Source: an uncultured virus (IMG/VR IMGVR_UViG_3300044629_000710)
Taxonomy: Duplodnaviria; Heunggongvirae; Uroviricota; Caudoviricetes
IMG/VR virus record: IMGVR_UViG_3300044629_000710
Direction: 5' to 3' (one strand)
Length of the DNA: 20,000 bases
Position numbers and translations under genes: made by a program. This document shows positions 1-8,319 of the stretch, piece after piece. Under the pieces are notes generated by a model. That model ran no database searches, had not been told where the DNA came from, and saw only the letters and a list, made by a program, of their open reading frames with translations. The first letter of the stretch is position 1, and each line of letters starts with the position of its first letter.

Positions 1-2
1 CC

Positions 3-2150
3 GACAAGGTGTTCGTCATGAACCACACGGCGAGCGGGGAGATCGCCAACATCGTTTCCAGCGACTACATCAAGATCAACCCCTTCGGAGTGGTCTCGTT
101 CCTCGGCAACATGAAGATCAGCCCATCGTCGGATGTCTGGTTTGACACGGGCAAGCGTCCGAAGGTGCAGGTCAATGTCGGTGGCGAGAACGACAACTGG
201 CAGTCAGGAGCATTCAACGGCTTCGGCACCCGTTACAACGACTGGGAGTCCATCTGGTTTGGAAAGAATCTGAGTGCGGAGAAAGTCTCCAAGCCAAACC
301 TGTCCCCCTCACGGCTGATCAATGCCAAGGTTGATGGCGTTGCCCTGAACAGCCTAAATTCGTCCACTACGCCTGACTCCATCAAGAAACGGGTCGTTGA
401 GAAGTCGGTCATCAAGGATGTCCTCCCGATCGCAAGGGAGAATGCCATCAACATCACCGCCAAGGGACTTAAGCCGAACACTCCGTTCTATGTGTATTGC
501 GATGATCTGTATGTGACACCATTCTGCACGGGTCAGAGCGTCACGGACACGAAAGGCGAGATCACGAATCTAGCCTTCCTCTTCAATCGCACCAGCGTCG
601 GCAACAACTACGGGTTCAATGAGCAGAATTTCCCCGTGGGACGGCATGTCATTCGCATCGTGGGCAGCGAATCGCCCGTCACAAATGTGAACACTCTGAT
701 TGAGAATCCCGACACATGGACCATGTCTGCCGATGCGGTCTATGTGGCTGAGGGCTTCTACGACTCGCTTTCCGAGTCTAATATCCTCTCCACCAGACTG
801 CCGTTGACCAAGAGAAAGTCGGCCAAGTCCACCCGCGTCATCTCCAACCTCTCGGAAGTGGTGAACAGTGCGGGAGAGGTGGTCGGCTATCAGGAGCCGC
901 TGTGCCAGACTTTCCTTGTGGACGCGAACAAGTACCCGAACGGCATGTTCGTCAGTTTCATTGACCTGTACTTCCGTGCGAAGGACTCATCCATGACCGT
1001 TCCCGTGAGCGTGGAGATCAGACCCACGGTCAACGGCTATCCTCACCCGTCAAGAGTCCTGCCTTTCGCATCCTCCACCCTGTACTCAGATTCGGTCAAC
1101 ATCGGCGATCGGGTGGATTCGGGCGATGATGACAAGACGAGATTCCAGTTCAGCACTCCGGTCTATCTGTTGCCGGGCACGGAGTACGCCGTGTGCGTCT
1201 CCACCAACTCCCCCGTTTACTCGCTCTTTACATCAAACATCGGCTCGTTCGCCATCAAGGACAACGAGAGCGATCCGGACCTCACTGTCGCCAAGCAGCC
1301 CAACTTCGGCTCGTTGTTCAAGACCCAGAATGCCGGTAAGTTGACCAAGACCGAGAACGAGTTGCTCTGCATGAGGGTGGGTGTGTGCAAGTTCACTTCC
1401 GGAACGAACACCATCCAGTTCAGCAAGAGCGATGCGTTTGGCTCGGATGTCGCGAAGTATAATAGCATCCGGTTCAACACGGCGGTGTCTCTGCCGGAGG
1501 GTTGCTCATACACGATTGGCTTTGACAATCCAGCAGTGGGATATGAGCCGGGGAAGAACATCATCCCGACAACCGGCATCATTGACCTGAATGCGGTCAA
1601 CGCGAATGCCATTCTGCTGTCTTTCACGACAGCCGACACCTATGTCTCGCCCATGTTTGACCTTGAGCGGTCAAGCGTGGTGATGACGAAGAACATCATC
1701 AACTCCAACTCCAACACGACCACCAACGGAGAACTGGAGCCGACGAACTATGCGGTCACCGAAGCCAGTCGGGCAAAGGCACGCTACATCACGAAGCGGA
1801 TCACCCTTGAGCCGGACATCACGGCACGCAATGTCACCGTGAAGATGTCGCTCTCCAATCCGGTCAACCGCTACAACGAACAGACCCTTCTGTCCTCGTC
1901 GGTGAAGGTGTTCATCCGTCCGCTTCCGGTCGGGGAGACGGATTTCAATAAGGTCAAGTACATTGAGTTGACACCGAGCGACACCGGCTACTCGTACACG
2001 GACGGAGACTTCCGAGAGGTGACATTCACCAACATCGGCGACGAGACGCTGCCGGAGTTCAACTCGTTCTCCATTAAGGTCGCGATGTTCGGGGACGACA
2101 ATGGCATCGTGTACCCGCGCGTACGCAACCTGCGGGTGGTCGCGACATGA
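3..2150 (+). CDS. Large virion structural protein, C-terminal part (DUF4815/VrlC-like, T4-like phages); 5'-truncated by the window
   Basis: The frame is open from the window edge (ORF track starts at GTG 9). Motifs INPFGV..F.G....SP.SD.W.DT, GLKPNT.FY, EPLCQTF.V....GMFVS.IDLYF..KD, TRFQFSTPVYL..G.EYA and a terminal F..FSIKV.M.....YPRV.NLRVVA match, from recall, the large structural protein that precedes the fibre/neck genes in cyanophage-like T4 relatives. Confidence 0.8.
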   Translation, partial: DKVFVMNHTASGEIANIVSSDYIKINPFGVVSFLGNMKISPSSDVWFDTGKRPKVQVNVGGENDNWQSGAFNGFGTRYNDWESIWFGKNLSAEKVSKPNLSPSRLINAKVDGVALNSLNSSTTPDSIKKRVVEKSVIKDVLPIARENAINITAKGLKPNTPFYVYCDDLYVTPFCTGQSVTDTKGEITNLAFLFNRTSVGNNYGFNEQNFPVGRHVIRIVGSESPVTNVNTLIENPDTWTMSADAVYVAEGFYDSLSESNILSTRLPLTKRKSAKSTRVISNLSEVVNSAGEVVGYQEPLCQTFLVDANKYPNGMFVSFIDLYFRAKDSSMTVPVSVEIRPTVNGYPHPSRVLPFASSTLYSDSVNIGDRVDSGDDDKTRFQFSTPVYLLPGTEYAVCVSTNSPVYSLFTSNIGSFAIKDNESDPDLTVAKQPNFGSLFKTQNAGKLTKTENELLCMRVGVCKFTSGTNTIQFSKSDAFGSDVAKYNSIRFNTAVSLPEGCSYTIGFDNPAVGYEPGKNIIPTTGIIDLNAVNANAILLSFTTADTYVSPMFDLERSSVVMTKNIINSNSNTTTNGELEPTNYAVTEASRAKARYITKRITLEPDITARNVTVKMSLSNPVNRYNEQTLLSSSVKVFIRPLPVGETDFNKVKYIELTPSDTGYSYTDGDFREVTFTNIGDETLPEFNSFSIKVAMFGDDNGIVYPRVRNLRVVAT

Positions 2151-2359
2151 TGCGACGGGAGAGGGTCAGGAACGAGAACTTGGTCCGAGACCCGAGGACC
2201 ACTGCCCTCCTGTCCACGGACAAGGATGCCATACTCGCCTACGAGCGGAAGAAGCGGGAGCGACAGGTTCAGGAAGACCGGCTAAATACGCTGGAACGGG
2301 AAGTCGCTGCCCTGAAGGAACAGGTCGCACAACTACGCAAGAACGGTAACGCCCCATGA
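2147..2359 (+). CDS. Small conserved T4-like phage protein with C-terminal coiled coil
   Basis: ATGA overlaps with both neighbours suggest translational coupling (start may be 2150). The NLVRDPRTTALLSTD...Y motif followed by a heptad stretch (RLNTLEREVAALKEQVAQL) is typical of the small gene that follows the DUF4815-like protein. Confidence 0.8.
   Translation: MMRRERVRNENLVRDPRTTALLSTDKDAILAYERKKRERQVQEDRLNTLEREVAALKEQVAQLRKNGNAP
2282..2289 (+). promoter_or_regulatory. Putative T4-type late promoter (CTAAATAC), intragenic, upstream of the 1324-aa fibre gene
   Basis: Variant of the T4 gp55-dependent TATAAATA element, about 67 nt before ATG 2356. The same core recurs before five other gene starts. 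Confidence 0.55.
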
Positions 2360-5300
2360 GTTGCACAGCATCCGATCTCATCAAAATCCAGCCCCTCACC
2401 CTTTCGGACACCTTCCACACATGGTTTGACCGGACCAACGAGGTCATTGATGCCGTCAGTGCCGTCAACATCTACAATGTGTCGGTAGGGGTGACCAGCG
2501 GTCTTGGGATCGTCAACGACTGCGCGAATGGCAACTACAACGGGACGATAGTGATTGACACCAATGTCGGCGGCGGTGTCGGCATCGGTCCCGCGAACTA
2601 CAAGACCAACCAGATCGTCATGGATTTCGCGGACCTGCCGTTCTATCTTGACGGCGGGGTCTCGGCGAATCCGGCGTTGAATGACTACTACGCACTCAGC
2701 GACTTGAGCGACACATCTCAGGGACCGGCAGGAACCCCGAAGAAGATCGCCGCGCGTTACATGCTGCCCCCCAAGGTCACGATGGGTCAGACGGGCGGGG
2801 GCACGCTGGAGATTGAAGGAAGTCTCGTTGTAAAAAACAACTTGAGCGTACTTGGTGATACCACATACATTCAGGTTAGCGACATTCGGGTTGAGGACAA
2901 GATCATTGAGTTGGCATCCAGCCCCTATACGGCATTTATGATAGAGGGGGCAGCGTCTGATATTGGAGATATTGAATCCGGAATGACTGCATATGGATGG
3001 GGAGAAGGCGATTGGCCCAATCCCAACAATGAAGACATCATTTTCAAGATTCGTTCAATTCAAAGACAGTCATCCGGCACGACCGCATACATTGAAATTC
3101 ACAGAATCTCCGAGGGAACTCCGGAAGAGATTCAACAAAATAGCGTCATTGAAGTTGATCCTGATGGTCTTGGATTGACTTTTGATGTCACAACAAATCC
3201 CGTGGGCGGAAATGGACTGGTTACGGATGTGGAACTTTCTCCCGCGGGTGTCCGAATCAAGGGAGACGAGGGAGACAAGGACTTCCTCTGGACCAACACA
3301 TACAATCGCTGGGCGACCAACACGAACCTCGGCGTTTCGGACAAGGACTTGTTCGTCGTATCGTCCAAGTTCGGCTCCTATGGGTTTGAGGACGCTTCGC
3401 GGGACAACATCTTCACCTTCGTCGGTGCGTCCGGTCAGGATGTTACCCTCTCCATCGCAAACGGCAGCCTGACGGTCACCGGTGACGGATGGGAAAACTC
3501 GGCATGGAAGTTGGTGAAGCATGCCACCCCCGGTGCGTTGCGGGCTTACCAGAGGATGTCGCTCATCCATGACAGCGGTGCGACTGCCTATCCCATTGCC
3601 ACTTTCTATGCAGGAAGGACCGGTCCCGTGTACGCGGGCGTGGGCGTGAGCGGGTGGGCACAGCACCTCAATGTGGACATGGTTGACGGGGCGCATGCCA
3701 CACAGACCCCGACCGCATACTCCATCCCTGTCGCATACTCGGACGGCAAGATTGACCCGAACTGGCTCATGGCAGATGCAATCCGCAAGGACATCGTGGT
3801 GTCCGGCGGTCATGCCTTCCAAGTCGGCGATGTTGTCCGATACGACGCTCTGGGTGGCTTGACCTTCGCCATCGCGGACACCATCCCGACGGCAGAGGCG
3901 ATCGGCATGGTCTCGGAGGTTGACGGCAACACGGTCACGGTGACCACAAGAGGGTATATCGCCAACATCCCAATCGCAGGAACAAGGTTTGGAAATTTCC
4001 CATATCCCGCCGTCACGGGAAGCGTCTACTTCCTAAGTGCAGACAATTCGGGGCGGCTCATCGCCAATCCGGATACAGGCGATCTTGACGCAGGACAGGT
4101 CCGCAAGGCCATGTTCCTCGCGGACGGGGTCAGCAGCGGTTATGTCTTGAACTATGTCGGCTCGGTGTTCGGTGGCGACTCCACCGACCGCGTCTACCTG
4201 CCGCTCCTCACGCCCGTGGGTTCTGTCCAGCCGTTTGCCGGTGCGACCTCCGGAGTTCCGGAAGGATGGCTCCTGTGCGATGGCAAGTCGCATGTCAAGA
4301 ACTCATACCCCGACCTCTTTGATGCGATCGGCAACGCCCACTTCGCGAACGCCAAGATGTCCGGCTCCAGCGGAACCATCATCGTCTTCGCCGACAACAT
4401 CCGGAACCTCGCAGCCAACAATCCGGTCGTGATTGAGTGGACAAATTCAGACGGACAGGTCGTGTCCTCCAATTGCACGGTCAGCAGCGTAAACTCCGGA
4501 GCCAGAACGGTCACCTTGACGGGCATCGGAACTGCACTCCCGACCACGGATGGTGTTGATGTCCGTGTCTATGGTCGCGTGGCGGGTCAGGACACCAACA
4601 TGGTGTTCTTCGTCCCCGACCTGCGTGGCAGGACTCCGGTCGGGGTGTCCACCCCGTCCATTGGTCTCGGCGTTCAGGGAGGCATGACTGCGGCGACCCT
4701 GCCCGAGCACAAGCACTTCTCGGTGGATACCGCCATCGGAGATGGTCCACAATCGGCTGCGGCAGTCGGTAGTCCTTATACCGGCGGTCTGTCGGCTGGC
4801 TCGGTCAGCAACACGATTCCTACCATGCCTCCCTACATCGGGATGCATTGGATCATCCGTGCCATCAAGACGCTGCCTGCATTGATAATCACGGGTCACC
4901 ACCATGACTCGCGATACATCCGCTTTGATGCGGCACAGTCGGTCCCCGCGGGAACTGTTGGGGGCATTGGTGGCGGATTGAACCAGTTCCATGTCAACGC
5001 AGCGGTCTTGAGCGACGGCACGCTGGGCAGAGACAAGTTTGAAAATAGACTTGCCATCCAGTACCACGGCGATGGAGTGACGGGTCTTGGTGACTGGGAG
5101 TTTTGGGCAAGCACTCTACCCGCCGCAGGTTCATACACCTACTTGGGGGCGAATACATCCCAGTGGTGGTCTCAAGCCGCCTTGAATGTGATGGGTGGAG
5201 ATGCCAGCAGGGCAGTAATCAACATCTTCAACAACAACGCGAATTGGTGGTCACCGTCTGCGGGTCGTGCGGACGAGATGGGATTGAATTTTTATGGTGT

Positions 5301-6330
5301 AGGCATATCTGGCGCAACCGCCCCCGCTAGATTTGCTGCGGGAATCAGAGCCAGCATTCAACAAATTGATGTTGATGGGATTGATCTCACCGATCCTAGT
5401 AGAGTGGCATTGGGTTCTATAACCGGATCCAACAGAAGATACTTTGACATATCTCTCGGGGGTATCACGGACGGTAGACCTGCATTTGCGATCTACAGGG
5501 ACGAGCATCCATCTGTCGCCGGATCCAATTCAAACGCTGGATGGGACAAAACCATACGGTATCGCTTGCCCCACGGACTCACATCGGAGAGCGTCCACAA
5601 GGGATACATGACTCATGTCATGCTTCGCTATGGAAGAGAACTGGTGGAGTACACCGGCACCTCCCTGAGCGGCTCGGATCTCCATGTGACGGGTGCGGTC
5701 AAGATCGGACAGGGATCTCTGTCAAGCACCCTTGATTCCGATGCCAAGATACTGACGGTGGATTCGGACACAGGCGTGGTGCATACCCGCAAGATGCTTG
5801 AGGTCACGGGCAACACCCCGCCGACCGAAGCATCAGAGGTGGCCAACTATCCGGAAGGGTTCGTGTGGTACAAGACCGACACAGGTGGAGAGATATACTC
5901 TCCGGGTCTGACTCCCATTCGCGGAATCATCATGTGGAGCGGAGGATTGAATGAAGTTCCGACCGGATGGGCATTGTGTGACGGCAGAACAGTCGGAGGC
6001 ATAACAACACCCGACCTTCGCGGTCGGTTCATCGTGGGTGCAGGTGGGGAATATGCTGTGAATGCTATTGGAGGAACCGCAAACGCCGTCGTAGTTTCTC
6101 ACACCCATGTAACGGAATCGCCATCATTTGCAAATCAAGTTGTCGGAGGTGTGAGGATATCTAACGGGGGAAGCAATACAACTAGTGTTGGGCTTGATCA
6201 GACACCCGGAGAATTGAATATCGGCACTGCATTCCCAATCGTTGTTCCCGCTCCTAGCAATGCAGTCAGCGGAACCAACATGAACCTACCTCCCTACTAC
6301 GCCCTCGCCTATATTATGAGAGTGGCATGA
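2356..6330 (+). CDS. Tail fibre / fibre-like structural protein with two phage tail-collar domains (1324 aa)
   Basis: N-terminal SDTFHTWFDRTNEVI motif and a VEDKIIEL...GVRIKG..DKDFLW fibre motif. Collar 1 is TPVGSVQPFAG...PEGWLLCDG...YPDLFDAIG...PDLRGR...HWIIRA; collar 2 is PIRGIIMWSG...PTGWALCDG...TPDLRGRFIVGAG...PPYYALAYIMR. Gly/Thr/Ser-rich. Confidence 0.85.
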   Translation: MSCTASDLIKIQPLTLSDTFHTWFDRTNEVIDAVSAVNIYNVSVGVTSGLGIVNDCANGNYNGTIVIDTNVGGGVGIGPANYKTNQIVMDFADLPFYLDGGVSANPALNDYYALSDLSDTSQGPAGTPKKIAARYMLPPKVTMGQTGGGTLEIEGSLVVKNNLSVLGDTTYIQVSDIRVEDKIIELASSPYTAFMIEGAASDIGDIESGMTAYGWGEGDWPNPNNEDIIFKIRSIQRQSSGTTAYIEIHRISEGTPEEIQQNSVIEVDPDGLGLTFDVTTNPVGGNGLVTDVELSPAGVRIKGDEGDKDFLWTNTYNRWATNTNLGVSDKDLFVVSSKFGSYGFEDASRDNIFTFVGASGQDVTLSIANGSLTVTGDGWENSAWKLVKHATPGALRAYQRMSLIHDSGATAYPIATFYAGRTGPVYAGVGVSGWAQHLNVDMVDGAHATQTPTAYSIPVAYSDGKIDPNWLMADAIRKDIVVSGGHAFQVGDVVRYDALGGLTFAIADTIPTAEAIGMVSEVDGNTVTVTTRGYIANIPIAGTRFGNFPYPAVTGSVYFLSADNSGRLIANPDTGDLDAGQVRKAMFLADGVSSGYVLNYVGSVFGGDSTDRVYLPLLTPVGSVQPFAGATSGVPEGWLLCDGKSHVKNSYPDLFDAIGNAHFANAKMSGSSGTIIVFADNIRNLAANNPVVIEWTNSDGQVVSSNCTVSSVNSGARTVTLTGIGTALPTTDGVDVRVYGRVAGQDTNMVFFVPDLRGRTPVGVSTPSIGLGVQGGMTAATLPEHKHFSVDTAIGDGPQSAAAVGSPYTGGLSAGSVSNTIPTMPPYIGMHWIIRAIKTLPALIITGHHHDSRYIRFDAAQSVPAGTVGGIGGGLNQFHVNAAVLSDGTLGRDKFENRLAIQYHGDGVTGLGDWEFWASTLPAAGSYTYLGANTSQWWSQAALNVMGGDASRAVINIFNNNANWWSPSAGRADEMGLNFYGVGISGATAPARFAAGIRASIQQIDVDGIDLTDPSRVALGSITGSNRRYFDISLGGITDGRPAFAIYRDEHPSVAGSNSNAGWDKTIRYRLPHGLTSESVHKGYMTHVMLRYGRELVEYTGTSLSGSDLHVTGAVKIGQGSLSSTLDSDAKILTVDSDTGVVHTRKMLEVTGNTPPTEASEVANYPEGFVWYKTDTGGEIYSPGLTPIRGIIMWSGGLNEVPTGWALCDGRTVGGITTPDLRGRFIVGAGGEYAVNAIGGTANAVVVSHTHVTESPSFANQVVGGVRISNGGSNTTSVGLDQTPGELNIGTAFPIVVPAPSNAVSGTNMNLPPYYALAYIMRVA

Positions 6331-6351
6331 CGATCACGAAAGGACCGAGCA

Positions 6352-7887
6352 ATGGGTGAGATCTATGTGAAGAAGAACGCCGCCTTTGAGAAGGTGGTCA
6401 CGGACGGCAACACCATCATCGTCAACGGTGGGGCTGGGGGTGGTAGTGGAATTGTCATTGCGTCCTATGCCTACAGGAGTGATGCCGACAGCGATGATAC
6501 TATTCCGTACGCATCAAGCATAGATTTCCCCCACCAAGGGACATCAGGTTCATATGCATACAGGAACCTGTCCAAGTACCTTGACCGCGTTCCTGTGAAC
6601 AGCAACTCGCTCGGGAATGGAGCCGCCTTCAACAGCGAAAACGGAAAGTTCACCGCCAAGGTCGGAGGCATCTACCAGTTCAATGCGACCGCGGTGGTTC
6701 AATTGACGCAAAGTGCCGCTGCGGCCAGTGCCGTCTACTTTCAGATGTGGCTGAGAAGAAACGAGACCACCACTTCTATCACCAACACAAACGATTTCAG
6801 GACAGGACAGGTGGTTTCGGTCTATCGCGATGAGGAGGAGTCGGCAGCGGAAACATCGCAGATCGTGAATGTGACGGAGACATGGCAAGTTGAGTTGCAA
6901 GCCAACGACACGATCGTGCTATGTGGTGGTTGGAACAATGCGGGTGGTGCCGTGAGCGTCAATGGAGCATCTCTCTCCGCTACTTATCTCGGAGGTGCCT
7001 CTGTCACTCCCGCCGGTCCTGTCGCGATGCACTATCGGTTCTATGGATTGGCTGGAAGTAGTGGGTGGGCTGGTACGAACTCTTGCTACATTCCCCTGAC
7101 CAACACCACACCGATTCGCATCAAGAATGGTGCGATGTCCGGTTTATGCACCCCATCAGGCGGAGCGATGATCAATGTGTTTGATACGCTCAATTCGTTC
7201 AATCCCGCCACGGGTGTCTTTACCGCTCCCGTCACGGGCACCTATTCTGTGATGTTTGATGGTGCAATTCAGGATGGAGACAATGACGATGGGCAGAGGA
7301 CACACATATGGATTCAAAAAACACAGGCAGGAGCAGAGGTTGCTGCCCCCGCCATTGCTAATGCTTATGGGAATGTTTCTACGCATGCCAGCAGGGCTGG
7401 CGCAATGTGGCCGATCAGTTCAAACTGGTTGGTTCAGTTGAATGCCGGTGACACGATCACATGGAACATAGCGGGATCCTTGTCAAACAATAGTGCAAAC
7501 CCGAACAGTTACCTTGCCAACTTCTCGCTGATGGCGAACCTGCTGACCTCCACGCAGACGGTTGATCGCCAGTCACTCGCGGCAGAGGAAGGTTGGTCTG
7601 AACTGCCCGGTGGCTTGCTGATGCAGTGGGGCAAAAAACAATACTCGGTTGCTGGTTGGCCAGGTCTACAAGCAACTATCACATTTCCCCGTGCATTCAG
7701 TGAAGTGCCTTATAATATAACCACATCATGGGGTGTAAGTGGGTCTTATAATGCAAACGACAATTTCATTGTCCATTATGATGATCCGACAACCACAACG
7801 ATGAAATTGATATTAAATGCTGTAGAAAGCGGTGCGATACCATCCACTAATATCTGCACCAATTGGCTCGCGATCGGCAAGGCATGA
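6352..7887 (+). CDS. Putative receptor-binding/fibre protein: two C1q-like domains plus a C-terminal gp53-like fibre-tip domain
   Basis: SD AAAGGA upstream. Two C1q-type signatures (FNSENGKFTAKVGGIYQFNA...VELQANDTI and FNPATGVFTAPVTGTYSVMF...VQLNAGDTI). The C-terminus GWSELPGGLLMQWG...TITFPRAFS...NWLAIG is a typical tail-fibre tip motif. Confidence 0.8.
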   Translation: MGEIYVKKNAAFEKVVTDGNTIIVNGGAGGGSGIVIASYAYRSDADSDDTIPYASSIDFPHQGTSGSYAYRNLSKYLDRVPVNSNSLGNGAAFNSENGKFTAKVGGIYQFNATAVVQLTQSAAAASAVYFQMWLRRNETTTSITNTNDFRTGQVVSVYRDEEESAAETSQIVNVTETWQVELQANDTIVLCGGWNNAGGAVSVNGASLSATYLGGASVTPAGPVAMHYRFYGLAGSSGWAGTNSCYIPLTNTTPIRIKNGAMSGLCTPSGGAMINVFDTLNSFNPATGVFTAPVTGTYSVMFDGAIQDGDNDDGQRTHIWIQKTQAGAEVAAPAIANAYGNVSTHASRAGAMWPISSNWLVQLNAGDTITWNIAGSLSNNSANPNSYLANFSLMANLLTSTQTVDRQSLAAEEGWSELPGGLLMQWGKKQYSVAGWPGLQATITFPRAFSEVPYNITTSWGVSGSYNANDNFIVHYDDPTTTTMKLILNAVESGAIPSTNICTNWLAIGKA

Positions 7888-7909
7888 CGCAAGAAGGAGG
7901 AGGTCACTG

Positions 7910-8254
7910 ATGGCAGTCAGCATTAACAGGGACATGGATCAGGGGGCGAACTTCTCGTTTGTCGCCGTCGCCAAGGGAACGACCTCCGGCGAACCGATGA
8001 ACATCGCCACCGGCTACACCGCGTACGCGCAGATGCGGAAGTTCTACAGCAGCAGCACCGCCGTGACCCTCAACACCAGCATCACCGGAGCAACGGGAGA
8101 AATCCTCGTCTCGCTCGGACCCACCGGAACCGCTGCCGTGAAGGCAGGCACATGGTTCTATGATGTTGAGATCCACAAGCACACCGGCAACGCCGTGCAA
8201 CGGGTGGTTCAGGGCATGGTTCAGGTATATCCCGAAGTGACCAAAATTCCGTGA
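7910..8254 (+). CDS. Small virion structural protein (114 aa), conserved T4-like/cyanophage family
   Basis: Strong SD AAGGAGGAGG before ATG 7910, preferred over ORF-track start 7832. The pattern I.(D)QGANFS....GYTAYAQMRK.Y.S...G.I..SL....T...KAG...YDVEI....RVVQG.V.V.P.VT matches, from recall, a widespread T4-like structural protein family. Confidence 0.8.
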   Translation: MAVSINRDMDQGANFSFVAVAKGTTSGEPMNIATGYTAYAQMRKFYSSSTAVTLNTSITGATGEILVSLGPTGTAAVKAGTWFYDVEIHKHTGNAVQRVVQGMVQVYPEVTKIP

Positions 8255-8282
8255 TAGTCACGCGCGTCCGCCCGTGGACCCG

Positions 8283-8297
8283 CTAAATACACTCGTC
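8283..8297 (+). promoter_or_regulatory. Putative late promoter of the glycosyltransferase (CTAAATACACTCGTC)
   Basis: Intergenic. The 14-mer TAAATACACTCGTC (8284-8297) is identical to 17679-17692 upstream of gp18. Confidence 0.75.
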
Positions 8298-8319
8298 CGC
8301 TTTCACCATGGAGAACACA

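Noticed and set aside
7832..7909. N-terminal extension of the small structural protein given by the ORF track
   Set aside because: It overlaps the upstream gene; the strong SD and the family N-terminus point to ATG 7910.
8251..8283. Possible terminator hairpins after the 114-aa gene (GTGA-TAG-TCAC; GTCC-GCCCGT-GGAC)
   Set aside because: Stems are only 4 bp and there is no U-tract.
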